DNA from: Bacillota bacterium
GTDB taxonomy: Bacteria > Bacillota > SHA-98 > UBA4971
Assembly: GCA_012842395.1 (NCBI GenBank)
Contig: DUSX01000034.1
Span: forward strand, 388,650 to 452,649
Reading direction: 5' to 3'
DNA length: 64,000 bases
The notes below the pieces were generated by a model. That model searched no databases and was not told the DNA's origin. It was given only the letters and a program-made list of their open reading frames with translations. Position numbers and translations under genes: made by a program. Within the stretch, counting starts at the first letter, position 1, and each line of letters opens with the position of its first letter. Below, piece after piece: positions 1 to 9,954 of the stretch.

Positions 1-443
1 ACACCAATGGAGTTCACGTTGCGGACGAACGCGTCCTTGGAAAGGTCCACACGGAACCCGGGGATCGACTCAAGCTTGTCGAGGGTGCCGCCGGTATGCC
101 CAAGCCCGCGACCGGACATCTTCGCCACCGGCACCCCCGCCGCAGCCACGAGGGGCGCCAGAACGAGCGTTGTCTTGTCGCCGACCCCGCCGGTGCTGTG
201 TTTGTCCACCTTGACTCCGCGGATCGCCGAAAGGTCCACGGTCTCCCCTGACCTCGCCATGGCTATCGTGAGGTCGCGCGTTTCGCGCGCGCTCATCCCC
301 TGGAAGAACACAGCCATGCACCACGCCGACATCTGGTAATCCGGGATATCCCCCCGCGTGAATCCGTCCACGAGGAACGTTATCTCCTCACGGGAGAGTT
401 CCTCGCCCCGCCTCTTCTTGAGGATGATGTCATACGGCCTCAT
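1..443 (-). CDS. pdp: Pyrimidine-nucleoside (thymidine) phosphorylase, N-terminal part; gene continues beyond window start
   Basis: Manual reverse-complement translation from ATG at 443..441 gives [125 protein letters not shown]. This is the canonical pyrimidine/thymidine phosphorylase N-terminus. GGAGGG RBS 8 nt upstream. Not in ORF track because truncated at the edge. Confidence 0.8.
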   Translation of the reverse strand, partial: MRPYDIILKKRRGEELSREEITFLVDGFTRGDIPDYQMSAWCMAVFFQGMSARETRDLTIAMARSGETVDLSAIRGVKVDKHSTGGVGDKTTLVLAPLVAAAGVPVAKMSGRGLGHTGGTLDKLESIPGFRVDLSKDAFVRNVNSIG

Positions 444-1500
444 CGCGCGTTTTCCCTCCTCGTGATCGCGCCAACGCGGGAGCCGGCGCCTTCCTCTGCG
501 CCCCCGCGGCAGCGTTCACGCTCGTGGATCCGAACGGACGCGGCTCTCCGACGGCGGAATCGTCGCCGGCCACGTCTCCGGGACGATCCGTCGACGCTGC
601 TGGCGCGCCCTCTACTCTTGCCCTCGGGTGCGCAGAGTCGTATATCTCCTTAAGCTTGCCCTTGGCAAGGTGCGTATAGACCTGCGTCGTCGCGATGTCG
701 ACATGTCCCAGCATCTCCTGGACGGACCGCAGGTCTGCGCCATTCTCGAGAAGGTGCGTCGCGAAACAGTGACGCAGGGTATGGGGCGTCACCCGCTTCT
801 GTATGCCCGCCTTCGCGGCGTACGCCTTGATTATCTTCCAAAAGCCCTGCCTGGTCATTCTTCTGCCGCGGGCGTTCACGAAGAGCGCGTTCTCAGCGTG
901 GTTCCGCACCAAGAGCGGCCTTGCAGAACGGAGATAAGCGCGCACCCAGCCCGACGCCACGCGGCCAACAGGAACGATCCTCTCCTTGGCTCCCTTCCCC
1001 AAGCACCTCACGTAGCCCATCTCGACGTTCAGGTCGCCGATATCGAGCGATACAAGCTCCGACACGCGCATGCCGGTCGCATAAAGCACCTCCAGCATCG
1101 CCTTGTCCCTCACCCCTGCCGGGGCCTCAGTGCTAGGCATTTCGAGAAGCCGGCCGACCTCCTCGAGGCTGAGGACGCCTGGAAGACGCCGTTCCTGCTT
1201 GGGAGAGCCGAGGTTCACCGTGGGATCCCGCTGGATCTTGCCCTCGCGATCGAGGAACCGATAAAACCCTCTGATCGCCGCGAGCTGCCTACACACGCTG
1301 GACGCGGCCTTTCCCTGCCGCTTGAGATGCTCGATGTACGCCATGATGGTGTCCTGCGTGACCTCGTCCAGCGTTCTGCCCTGGCACTCCTCCACGAAAC
1401 TGGTGAATTGGTTCAGGTCCCTAGCGTACGATTCCAGGCTGTTCTGCGCAAGGCCCCGTTCCACCGCTAGGTATGCGAGGAATTCGTCCAACAGGATCAC
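430..1500 (-). CDS. xerD: Tyrosine recombinase XerD/XerC family
   Basis: ORF 430..1707. Has ...[26 protein letters not shown]... and the catalytic C-terminus ...[38 protein letters not shown]...HPRA. Likely start is GTG at 1500 (GGAGG, then 10 nt), giving [10 protein letters not shown], which matches XerD N-termini. An unusual tail of about 60 aa follows HPRA and overlaps the pdp start. Confidence 0.8.
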   Translation of the reverse strand: MILLDEFLAYLAVERGLAQNSLESYARDLNQFTSFVEECQGRTLDEVTQDTIMAYIEHLKRQGKAASSVCRQLAAIRGFYRFLDREGKIQRDPTVNLGSPKQERRLPGVLSLEEVGRLLEMPSTEAPAGVRDKAMLEVLYATGMRVSELVSLDIGDLNVEMGYVRCLGKGAKERIVPVGRVASGWVRAYLRSARPLLVRNHAENALFVNARGRRMTRQGFWKIIKAYAAKAGIQKRVTPHTLRHCFATHLLENGADLRSVQEMLGHVDIATTQVYTHLAKGKLKEIYDSAHPRARVEGAPAASTDRPGDVAGDDSAVGEPRPFGSTSVNAAAGAQRKAPAPALARSRGGKTRDEAV

Positions 1501-1883
1501 GCCGCCCTCGCCTCCGTCGCGGGACAAATCCAGACCTGCCACGCTTGCCCGCTGTTTCCAGTATAACACCATGCAAGGGTGGCCGCAATTTCCTGCGCGG
1601 GGCCGGAGGACAAGCTCGGGCGTGCCGCCTGGGCATGAGGTCACGCGTTTTCCCTCGCCTCGTGACTTCGTGAGTTGTCGGCCGTCCCAGTGGTCCCACG
1701 AGAGCATTCAAGGTCAGGCCAGAGGCCGGACCCAGCCTGTCCCTGCTCTGGCGAACTACGCCTAAGTGAGGGTGCGGTGGCCCTTGCCTCATTCCTAGCA
1801 GTTGCCGGTCGCCGGCGTTGAACATCGGCAACCCCGGGCGTGGCCCCTCCGCCGGGAAGTAGCGCGAGCCTTCGGCGACATGC

Positions 1884-2537
1884 CTAAAGCAGGTACTTGG
1901 ATACCAGCCTGATGAACGCCGGTGCTACGTACGTGTCCGCGACGCTCCCGATGACTAGGAGGATCACGGCTCCGAGACACACGGCCGCCGTGAAGACGAA
2001 TTGCGGGTAGATTTGGGTTCTCCTCTGGCTCAGCCTGTCCACGGCGAGAGTCACCGCAAACGCGAGCGAAACCTCGCACGCCGCCAGTATCGCAGGGATT
2101 ATGAAGACATGCTGGGGGAGCACAGACGCGGCCGCCAGGATGACCCCCTTGGCACCCATCTCGTCGACGAGGAAACCCACGGTGAATCCGATGACGAAGC
2201 CTCTCAGGAACAGCAGAACCAGGATGCCGGGAGCCCCAATGACGGTGAGCCCTAACACCAGGGCCAACGCGACGGTCTTAAGGTTATTGTACAGCGCCTG
2301 CCTGGACGCAGCCGCCCCGCCAGCCTGGCCCTGTCCCTGGCCTCCGAAGCCCCTGAAAAAAACCATGAGGTCCTCAGCCAACTCCGCTCTTTGGCTCTCG
2401 GGCAATGCCTTCACCGAAAGGGAGCCGAAGATGACCCCCATCACAAACATGAACATGACCAGGACGAGGACGGGCAGGTGCCGCCTCAGGGAATCGCCGG
2501 AAGGCGCGAGAAGGGAACGCGAATCGTCCAGCATCAC
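1884..2537 (-). CDS. spoIIM: Stage II sporulation protein M (SpoIIM) family membrane protein
   Basis: 217 aa, multi-pass hydrophobic. Pattern ...VLPQHVFIIPAILAACEVSLAFAV... is typical of SpoIIM/DUF95. Firmicutes synteny with nudF and xerD. Confidence 0.65.
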   Translation of the reverse strand: MMLDDSRSLLAPSGDSLRRHLPVLVLVMFMFVMGVIFGSLSVKALPESQRAELAEDLMVFFRGFGGQGQGQAGGAAASRQALYNNLKTVALALVLGLTVIGAPGILVLLFLRGFVIGFTVGFLVDEMGAKGVILAAASVLPQHVFIIPAILAACEVSLAFAVTLAVDRLSQRRTQIYPQFVFTAAVCLGAVILLVIGSVADTYVAPAFIRLVSKYLL

Positions 2538-2599
2538 ACCACCCTCCTCCGGACTACCTCCCTAGATGTGTATGTCCGCACCCACGGCGATATTCCCGG

Positions 2600-3160
2600 C
2601 TAAACGAGCCCTCTCGCTATCGCCATGAAGAGGCCGAGGAGGGTCTTGCCGTCTCTGATCTCACCCCTCGCTATCATGTCATCTAGCTCCGCGCGGGACA
2701 CTCGCCTGGTCTCGATGACCTCGTCCTCATCGGGCCTCTCATCTCCCGGCTCAAGGCTCCTCGCAAAGAAAAGGTGCAGCACCTCATCACAGAACCCCGG
2801 GGACGTGTAGAACGGCACGACTTCCTCGAGGACGCCCGCCCGGTAACCAGTCTCTTCCTCGAGCTCGCGCGCGGCGCACCGAAGAGGGTCCTCGCCTGGC
2901 TCGAGCTTCCCCGCGGGGATCTCCCATAGAGCTGACCGAACCGGGTACCTGAATTGACGCACAAGGATCACCGAGCTGTCGTGGTCTACAGCGACCACCG
3001 CAACCCCGCCCGGATGTTCCACGACTTCGCGCCGCGACCGCCTGCCCGACGGAAGCTCCACATCGTCCACGCGCAGCCGCAGGACGCTCCCGCTGTACAC
3101 CGTCGTAGAGCGCAGCTGCCTTTCCACAAGGTTTGGTTCGTCCAATCTCGATCCCTCCAA
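2600..3160 (-). CDS. nudF: NUDIX hydrolase, ADP-ribose pyrophosphatase-like
   Basis: Nudix box GKLEPGEDPLRCAARELEEETGY. N-terminus resembles Bacillus NudF (…VLRLRVDDVELPSGRRSRREVVEH). Confidence 0.8.
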   Translation of the reverse strand: MEGSRLDEPNLVERQLRSTTVYSGSVLRLRVDDVELPSGRRSRREVVEHPGGVAVVAVDHDSSVILVRQFRYPVRSALWEIPAGKLEPGEDPLRCAARELEEETGYRAGVLEEVVPFYTSPGFCDEVLHLFFARSLEPGDERPDEDEVIETRRVSRAELDDMIARGEIRDGKTLLGLFMAIARGLV

Positions 3161-3240
3161 GATCGTGGGCCGGTGGCATCACACGGCCCAAAGATGCGTA
3201 TCCTAACTACGTGCGGGGCACAGGTCGTCGCCGCACTTGT

Positions 3241-3415
3241 GCGGGTTGCTAAGTATGTCGCCACAGGTTCGCGCTGCTCTCCGGCGGGGCGGTCCTGCCC
3301 AGGGTTGCCGGTGCTTGCACGACGGGGCGTAGGGAATTCGGCTGTCTTAAGCGCCAAACTCGAACGAAGAAGCGTAAGGTACGGGAGGCTGATTTGCGCA
3401 TGACCGTTATCATGC
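3241..3415. repeat. Copy E of the ~220-bp intergenic repeat family: left arm forward, core in inverted orientation
   Basis: gctaagtatgtcgccacaggttcgcgctgctctccggcggggcggtcctgcc matches the left arm of copies A and B. The following ...ggttgccggtgcttgcacgacggggcg...gaattcggc... is the reverse complement of the core of A and B. Confidence 0.6.
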
Positions 3416-3546
3416 ACGGGCACGCCATCTGGATAGCCGGAAAACCCAGGGAGGTCCTGCGGGCCCTTGCCGCCCTTTCCAAGAGTCACGCCACCCTCGG
3501 CGACCTTCTGTCGCCTGCCACGAAGCGCTGAGACTATGTCAAAGGT

Positions 3547-4740
3547 TCAGCGCACCGCTTGTGCGATCTTCCCCGCGAGCATGCCCGCAGCGCCCGCTGC
3601 CAGGAAGAACACCGGGTCCTCGTCTGGCCCCCTCCCCATGGACGTGACGCGGATGCCTTCCCGGTTGAGCCTGTCGACAGCCGGCCGTCCGTCCTCGGTG
3701 AGAATGACGTGCCGCCGGTCTATCCCGTGCTCGGCAAGTTGAGCCATGAGGCGGCGCCACTCGCTGCGATGCAGCTCTGGCAAGGCTACAAGGCAAGGTA
3801 CCAGGGCGATCTCAGAAAGCACCGTGAGGGTGTGGTGGCTCACCCCGAAATGCCTCGCACGCTCGTCCGAGAAACTCACCCTGGGGACAATGACCGGCGT
3901 CCCTCCGAGAGAATACGCCGCGTTTACCACTTGTCCCTGCTCGATTCCGGAGAACCCGTACTTCGTCCCCGTGCCTGCTTGCCCAGGGCCCATGCCTACG
4001 ATGACGGCGTCAGCACGGGCGCACGCTCGCGCCGCAGCGAGGGCAGAGTAGACCGTCACGGCCTCGAGGTCGCCGCCGAACGCGTGGCCGCAGGTGATGA
4101 CCGAGTCGACGAGGCCTCTCTTCTTTAGGGCCGGCACGAGCGTGCTGTACGCAACTGGTAAGGCTCCTCCGTCCGTCATCACGTATACGACCCGCGCCGC
4201 TCCGCCCGCAGCCTCCTTTATCCCGGCCGCAGCAGGCGCGATCATGCTGTGAAGCTCACAAGCGACCACCGGTATCCCACCCAGTGAGCGAAACGCCTCT
4301 ATCTCCCGCCGGTGCGGGCTCGCCTCCTCCTCGACGGCCAAGCACCGGACCTGCACCGGCGTGTAGCGGACCTTCATTATGTGGCCTGGACCCGCTCGCA
4401 TGTCCAAACGCGTCCTGCCGATCACCCACATCACGAAGTGGTGGCCCCCAGTGCCGAGGCCAAGCTCCACCGCGGTGGTGTTCAGGACGACCTCGTCGCC
4501 CGGCGCACACGGACCGGTCAACGCCTCGTAACACAACGCCTCCGCAGGCTGGCCGTCGCAAACCACGTCAGCCTTGGCCACCCCTGGACCGAATGGCGTA
4601 ACCGACTTCACCACGCCGGTCCTCGCCCTCACCAACGCGCCGGTCGCCGCAGCGCTGAAGGACCCTCGTGCAGGGGTACGGCGCCCCGTGTCGTATGTTG
4701 TACAGTGAGAACTGGTGTCGTGCGCCAAATGTGGTGCCAC
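3547..4740 (-). CDS. Conserved hypothetical protein, possibly DUF3866/YqxK-like
   Basis: 397-aa ORF with no recognisable catalytic motif. Sits next to nudF as yqxK does in Bacillus. Family assignment is from memory, not a search. Start uncertain. Confidence 0.35.
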   Translation of the reverse strand: MAPHLAHDTSSHCTTYDTGRRTPARGSFSAAATGALVRARTGVVKSVTPFGPGVAKADVVCDGQPAEALCYEALTGPCAPGDEVVLNTTAVELGLGTGGHHFVMWVIGRTRLDMRAGPGHIMKVRYTPVQVRCLAVEEEASPHRREIEAFRSLGGIPVVACELHSMIAPAAAGIKEAAGGAARVVYVMTDGGALPVAYSTLVPALKKRGLVDSVITCGHAFGGDLEAVTVYSALAAARACARADAVIVGMGPGQAGTGTKYGFSGIEQGQVVNAAYSLGGTPVIVPRVSFSDERARHFGVSHHTLTVLSEIALVPCLVALPELHRSEWRRLMAQLAEHGIDRRHVILTEDGRPAVDRLNREGIRVTSMGRGPDEDPVFFLAAGAAGMLAGKIAQAVR

Positions 4741-5340
4741 AGGTTTTCGTCTCCCTTCTTGACGGCGCTAAGTGGAGGTGCGAAAATGCTTCCGATCATG
4801 ATCATTGGGATGGGTTGCCCAACACCGGCAACGCGGCGACCGGTGAAAACGGGGCAAAGACTAACGCGCCCTCACTTAGGGTTTCCTTCCGGCGCTTGCG
4901 CGACGGGCATCTGGAATCTCGCTAGGCTGCGCGCGGAATTCCAATGAGACGCACTGCAAGCTCGCCTCCCTGTCCGGCAAGACCGGCAACTCTGGGCCGG
5001 GGTTGCACGCTGAAGAGCGGCGCAGCCTTGTGGCGGTCCGCTTAGAATATCTTCCCCGAGCCGGGGGCAGCATACTCGATAGTGATTGAGTGGGAGTTCA
5101 GGCACGCACCCGCCTCTCTAGTGAGTATGGTGCCATAAGTTCTCGTCTCTTTTCTTGAGGGCACTAGGGACGCCGGTGCCTGCACGACGGGGCGTCGACG
5201 ATTCGGCAGGCCTGCGCGGCAAATCCGAACGAGGCACGCCGCGGGCGCGCCGTCCCCGGAGGGCAAGGCCGATAGCCTTAGGCAGGGCTTGCGCGCTGAA
5301 AAGCAGCGCGAACTTGTGGCGAACTACTAGCTAGTAACGT
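4725..5340 (-). repeat. Tandem cluster of the intergenic repeat family: truncated copy D, diverged copy D2 and full copy C (all reverse orientation relative to A and B)
   Basis: 4729-4772 atggtgccacaggttttcgtctcccttcttgacggcg is the rc of the right arm of copy B. 5117-5335 is a full-length reverse-complement copy (...gcctgcacgacggggcgtcgacgattcggcaggcctgcgcggcaaatccgaacgaggc...ccgtccccggagggcaaggccgatagccttagg...). Confidence 0.7.
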
Positions 5341-5361
5341 CCCCGATCAGGAGGAATCAGC

Positions 5362-5976
5362 GTGAGCAGGTGGCAGTTTTGGATCGCGATCTTCATCGCC
5401 CTCGCGCTTGCGGGCTGGTCCGTGGGCTCTTCCATGAGGCTCGCCCGTGACCTTGCGCGTGTGGAGAAGGACCTCGACCGGGTCTTCACCGACCTCGCAG
5501 CGCTCTCGAAGCGCGTCTCGGAGATCAAGACGGCCGCCGTGGCTCCCCAGCCCGCTGCTCAGGTGACCGTGTACTATGCCCGCACCACGCTCACTGACTC
5601 GTACCTCGTGCCAGTCAAGGCTGCGGTGCCCGCAGGGACCGATGCTATGCGCGGTGCGGTGGAACTGCTCGCAAGGGGGCCCGCGCCCGAGACTGGCCTG
5701 GAGAGGCTCATCCCGGAAGGGACGAGGGTGTTAGGTGTCACCGCCAGCGGGGATCTCGCGACCGCCGACTTCTCAAGCGAGATCCGGACCCGTTTCCCCG
5801 GCGGCAGCCGCACTGAAGAGCTGCTTGTCTGGTCGATCGTGAATACCCTCACGGAATTCCCCGGGATTACAAGGGTGCAGATCCTTGTCGAAGGCAAAAA
5901 AGAGGAGAGCATCGGCGGCCATGTTGGCATCGACACTCCCCTGGAAAGGAACCCCGACCTCATCAGGCCTCAATAG
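5362..5976 (+). CDS. GerM-domain sporulation/germination protein with N-terminal membrane anchor
   Basis: GTG start 9 nt after AGGAGG. TM segment WQFWIAIFIALALAGWSV, then a GerM-like domain (…TVYYARTTLTDSYLVPV…RVQILVEGKKEESIGGHVGIDTPLER). Confidence 0.55.
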   Translation: MSRWQFWIAIFIALALAGWSVGSSMRLARDLARVEKDLDRVFTDLAALSKRVSEIKTAAVAPQPAAQVTVYYARTTLTDSYLVPVKAAVPAGTDAMRGAVELLARGPAPETGLERLIPEGTRVLGVTASGDLATADFSSEIRTRFPGGSRTEELLVWSIVNTLTEFPGITRVQILVEGKKEESIGGHVGIDTPLERNPDLIRPQ

Positions 5977-6038
5977 GCCACGATAGGTGGGCGTACGACA
6001 GGCCGGGCCCGTTCGGTCTGCGATCAGAGTCTCGCGCG

Positions 6039-6593
6039 TCACCCTGCCTTGAGGGCCGCGGCCGCGAGGTCCATTCCCTTTGCGAGGGCTTTCTCGTTGA
6101 GCGGGATGAGCCCGTGGCGGCGCTCCGGAAGCACCTTGTTCATCGCCTCAAGCACCGTGTCGACGCTCACCACGCCCGTCACACCAAGGTACGCACCGAG
6201 AGCCACCATGTTCGCCACTCTCGTGTCGCCGATGTCATTGGCTATCTCGTTCGCGGGGACCGCAAGCACCCTGACATCGTTCCTCGCAGGCTTGACGTCC
6301 ACGAGAGAGCTGTTATATATGATGAGGCCGCCAGGAGTCACCATGCCCTGGAATTTCTCCAGAGACGGCCTGTTCATCGCGACCACGCTCGTGGGCTCAC
6401 TCACAAGGGGCGAAGCGATCTCTCTCTCCGACACCACCACGCCACAATTGGCCGTGCCGCCGCGCATTTCCGGTCCGTACGACGGCATCCAGGTCACGTT
6501 CCGGCCTTCCATCATTCCGGCGTATGTCACGAGCTGTCCCATGAGGAGCACGCCCTGCCCGCCGAATCCCGCGAAGATGACCTCCTCGTGCAT
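6039..6593 (-). CDS. 2-oxoacid:ferredoxin oxidoreductase gamma subunit (VOR/KOR/POR family)
   Basis: AGFGGQGVLLMGQLVTYAGMMEGRNVTWMPSYGPEMRGGTANCGVVVS is the gamma-subunit signature. Confidence 0.85.
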   Translation of the reverse strand: MHEEVIFAGFGGQGVLLMGQLVTYAGMMEGRNVTWMPSYGPEMRGGTANCGVVVSEREIASPLVSEPTSVVAMNRPSLEKFQGMVTPGGLIIYNSSLVDVKPARNDVRVLAVPANEIANDIGDTRVANMVALGAYLGVTGVVSVDTVLEAMNKVLPERRHGLIPLNEKALAKGMDLAAAALKAG

Positions 6594-6595
6594 GC

Positions 6596-7342
6596 CTAGC
6601 CCACCTCCGGTACCTTGGTGTATTCCCCAAGCGGGTAATACACGGCCATCTTGTCATCCACCCACTTCAGGGCCTCAGCAGGGGTCATCCCCCAGTTCGT
6701 GGGGCACGTGGACAGGAATTCCACGAGGCTGAACCCCTTCCCCTCGAGCTGCGTCTCGAACGCCTTCTTCAGTGCGCGCTTGGCCTTCGCGACGTTGGCA
6801 GGGCTCGTCACAGAAACGCGGGCGATGTACGCGACCCCAGAAAGCGACGACAGGAGCTCGCACACTCTTATCGGGTGACCGGCCACCTCGGGATCGCGTC
6901 CCTTTGGAGACGTGGTGGTCTTCTGGCCAGGAAGGGTCGTGGGGGCCATCTGCCCGCCGGTCATGCCGTATATGGCGTTGTTGACAAAGATGACGGTGAT
7001 CTTCTCGCCCCTCGAAGCCGCGTGCACTATCTCGCCCGCTCCGATCGAAGCGAGGTCCCCGTCGCCCTGATAGCTAAAGACGACCGCGTTCGGCAGGGCA
7101 CGCTTGATCCCGGTCGCCACCGCGGGCGCCCTGCCGTGGGACGCCTCAACGAAGTCACAGTTGAAATACTCATACGCCAGCACAGCGCATCCGACCGGCG
7201 AGATCCCTATGGCCCGCTCACGCACGCCGAGCTCGTCGATGACCTCGGCGATGAGTCGATGGATGATGCCGTGGGTGCACCCCGGACAGTAATGGGTTGG
7301 CACGTCCGCCAGCGCCTCAGGTCGCCCGAACAGCTTCTGCAT
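6596..7342 (-). CDS. 2-oxoacid:ferredoxin oxidoreductase beta subunit (TPP-binding)
   Basis: [21 protein letters not shown] and [39 protein letters not shown] (TPP-binding motif). Confidence 0.85.
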   Translation of the reverse strand: MQKLFGRPEALADVPTHYCPGCTHGIIHRLIAEVIDELGVRERAIGISPVGCAVLAYEYFNCDFVEASHGRAPAVATGIKRALPNAVVFSYQGDGDLASIGAGEIVHAASRGEKITVIFVNNAIYGMTGGQMAPTTLPGQKTTTSPKGRDPEVAGHPIRVCELLSSLSGVAYIARVSVTSPANVAKAKRALKKAFETQLEGKGFSLVEFLSTCPTNWGMTPAEALKWVDDKMAVYYPLGEYTKVPEVG

Positions 7343-7345
7343 TCT

Positions 7346-8410
7346 TCACGCCCCCTTCTCCACGATCTTGACGATCTCGTCCATTATCTCCCTGGGCGAG
7401 GGGCTCATGCCTCCGGTTCTCCCATAGAAGTGCACGGGCTTGGTTTCACCGCAAGCAAGCCGAACGTCCTCGATCATCTGACCGAGGCTCATCTCCACTA
7501 CCAGCACATGTGCTGCCCCGGCGGTTGCGGCGGCGAGCGCCTCGTATGGGAACGGCCACAAGCTTATCGGCCGGAAGAGACCGACCCGCAGCCCGCGCTC
7601 CCTGGCCCTCTCGAGTGCAGCGCGCGCGATACGGGCCGTAGTCCCGTAAGCCACCAGGACCACGTCCGCGTCCTCCGTCATGTACGTGGCGTAACGCACC
7701 TGCTCCGCGGCCATGCGCCTGTACTTCTCCGCAAGCCGAAGGTTGTGCTTCTCAAGCTTCGCCGGGTCGAGAAAGAGCGACGTTATCACGTTCTTCGGCC
7801 TGCCGCAAGCGCCGGTGGTGGCCCATGTCTTCGCAGGGAGGTCCGCCGTGGGCCGCGGCTCGGGCATCTCCACGGGCTCCATCATCTGACCTAGGATGGC
7901 ATCGCCGAGGATCATCACGGGGTTACGGTACATGTCCGCGAGGTCGAAGGCCTCCATGGTGAGGTTCACGAGTTCCTGAACCGTGCACGGGGCGAGCACC
8001 AGAAGGTGATAATCCCCGTGACCGCCCCCCTTGGTCGCCTGGAAGTAATCTGACTGCGCCCCCTGTATGCCGCCGAGCCCGGGCCCTCCGCGCACGATGT
8101 TCACGATAACGCACGGGAGCTCCGCGCCGGCCATGTACGAGATAGCCTCCTGCATGAGGCTTATCCCCGGGCTCGATGAGGTGGTCATGACCCGCGCCCC
8201 CGCGCACGCGGCACCGTAGACCATGTTGCTTCCCGCGACCTCGCTTTCGGCCTGCAGGAACACCCCTCCAACCTCCGGCATGCGCCTAGCCATGTACTCG
8301 GGGATCTCGTTCTGCGGTGTTATCGGGTACCCGAAAAAGCACCTACAACCTGCCATAATGGCGGCCTCAGCCACCGCCTCGTTCCCTTTCATCAGAACCT
8401 TCTCAGCCAT
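7346..8410 (-). CDS. 2-oxoacid:ferredoxin oxidoreductase alpha subunit
   Basis: [36 protein letters not shown]... is the canonical alpha-subunit N-terminus. Confidence 0.85.
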   Translation of the reverse strand: MAEKVLMKGNEAVAEAAIMAGCRCFFGYPITPQNEIPEYMARRMPEVGGVFLQAESEVAGSNMVYGAACAGARVMTTSSSPGISLMQEAISYMAGAELPCVIVNIVRGGPGLGGIQGAQSDYFQATKGGGHGDYHLLVLAPCTVQELVNLTMEAFDLADMYRNPVMILGDAILGQMMEPVEMPEPRPTADLPAKTWATTGACGRPKNVITSLFLDPAKLEKHNLRLAEKYRRMAAEQVRYATYMTEDADVVLVAYGTTARIARAALERARERGLRVGLFRPISLWPFPYEALAAATAGAAHVLVVEMSLGQMIEDVRLACGETKPVHFYGRTGGMSPSPREIMDEIVKIVEKGA

Positions 8411-8422
8411 GCGCCCTCCCCC

Positions 8423-8626
8423 CTATCTGTAGACTTCGATGGCCACTTCAGGGCACATCCGGGCGCACGCGGTGCACGAGTTGCATCGTTCCTCATCTGT
8501 TATAGTGGCCGGATGAAATCCCTTGCTGTTGAAGTGCTCGGCCATGGTCAGGGCTTTCCGCGGACAGAAGGTTACGCACAGCTCGCACCCTTTGCACCGC
8601 TCCTCATTGAACACGACTTTGGGCAT
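8423..8626 (-). CDS. 2-oxoacid:ferredoxin oxidoreductase delta subunit (2x[4Fe-4S] ferredoxin)
   Basis: 67 aa with CKGCELCVTFCP and CNSCTACARMCP motifs. Confidence 0.8.
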   Translation of the reverse strand: MPKVVFNEERCKGCELCVTFCPRKALTMAEHFNSKGFHPATITDEERCNSCTACARMCPEVAIEVYR

Positions 8627-8638
8627 CTTGCCAACCTC

Positions 8639-9757
8639 CTACCTGTACGCCTTGGCCTGCTCCTCGCCCCTGAGGACGCGTAGAGAGGCCTCGGCGAGCG
8701 CCTGCATCTCGTTTTCGCCCGGGTACACCATGACTGGAGCTATAAAGCTCACTCTATCGCGTATCCAGTCCACCAGGCGGCGCGAGTGCGCGAGACCCCC
8801 CGTGAGGATTATAGCATCAACCTCCCCTGAAAGCACGGCCGCGTACGCCCCTATTTCCTTGGCGACCTGGTACGCCATGGCCTCGTACACAAACGCGGCA
8901 CGCTCGTCGCCTGCATCGATGCGCCGTTCGACCTCCGCAGCGTTGCTGGTTCCGAGGTACGCCACAAGCCCTCCTCCGCCCACGAGCTTTCTTCTCATCT
9001 CATCCTCGGTGTACTTGCCGGAAAAGCAGAGGTCCACCACGCCGAGGGTGGGAAGAGCGCCCGCTCTTTCGGGAGTGAACGGGCCCTCACCGTCCAGGCC
9101 GTTGCTTACGTCGACCACCCGTCCTTTGAGGTGGGCGCCGACGCTGATGCCGCCGCCCAGATGCGCCACGACGAGGTTCAGGTCTTCGTACCGCGAGCCC
9201 ATGTCCCTCGCCGCCTTCCTGGCGACGGCCTTGTGATTGAGCGCGTGGAAGATGGTGCGTCGCGGAATCTCAGGCAGCCCCGAAAGCCTCGCAACATCCC
9301 ATAGCTCGTCGACGACCACGGGGTCTGCGATGAATGCTCGCACCCCCGCCCGGGCCGCGATCTCCCGCGCCAGAAGCGCGCCAAGGTTCGAGGCGTGGGA
9401 CACCGACCCTCCACTGGTGAGGTCGCGCACCATCTCGTCGTTCACCTCGTACACTCCGCTCTCCACAGGCTTGAGAATGCCTCCGCGACCCGCCACTGCG
9501 TCGAACCCGCTCACGGGCTCTTTGTGTCTTTCAAGGGCTTCGAAGATAGCGTCAAGCCTCATGCGATACTGCGCCCAGACGTCGCCGAGCTTCGCCAGCT
9601 CCGCGCTGTCATGGGAGATAGTCTCCTGGAAAACCACATGGTCATCAAGGTAGACGGCGATCTTGGTCGAAGTTGAGCCGGGGTTGATCACGAGAATACG
9701 GAAACCACCGTGTTCGCTGGGCTTAGCCTCAGGCGCAACGCCTTCTGTGCGCGCCAT
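8639..9757 (-). CDS. buk: Butyrate (branched-chain acyl) kinase
   Basis: RILVINPGSTSTKIAVY... is the acetate/butyrate kinase family. RBS GAGGGGG 8 nt before the ATG at 9757. Confidence 0.85.
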   Translation of the reverse strand: MARTEGVAPEAKPSEHGGFRILVINPGSTSTKIAVYLDDHVVFQETISHDSAELAKLGDVWAQYRMRLDAIFEALERHKEPVSGFDAVAGRGGILKPVESGVYEVNDEMVRDLTSGGSVSHASNLGALLAREIAARAGVRAFIADPVVVDELWDVARLSGLPEIPRRTIFHALNHKAVARKAARDMGSRYEDLNLVVAHLGGGISVGAHLKGRVVDVSNGLDGEGPFTPERAGALPTLGVVDLCFSGKYTEDEMRRKLVGGGGLVAYLGTSNAAEVERRIDAGDERAAFVYEAMAYQVAKEIGAYAAVLSGEVDAIILTGGLAHSRRLVDWIRDRVSFIAPVMVYPGENEMQALAEASLRVLRGEEQAKAYR

Positions 9758-9954
9758 ACACTGCGCCCCCTCTTCATCCCGAGTTTGCCGGACGGCGCCT
9801 CAGCGTGCCGGGGAGAGCCATCGGCTTCGGCGGAGCTCGAGCTCGCACCCTGCAAGGTCTTTCATCCTTAGCCCGGATGAGCCGTCAAGCTCCGCCGGTC
9901 CTGCTGAAAGCGAAAGCCGCACACATGCTCCCGGCCCGGGTCACCTTGACCGCC

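Noticed and set aside
4725-5340. Possibility that the repeat clusters are CRISPR arrays
   Set aside because: Units are about 220 bp, not 25-40 bp. There is no regular repeat-spacer periodicity and no cas genes.
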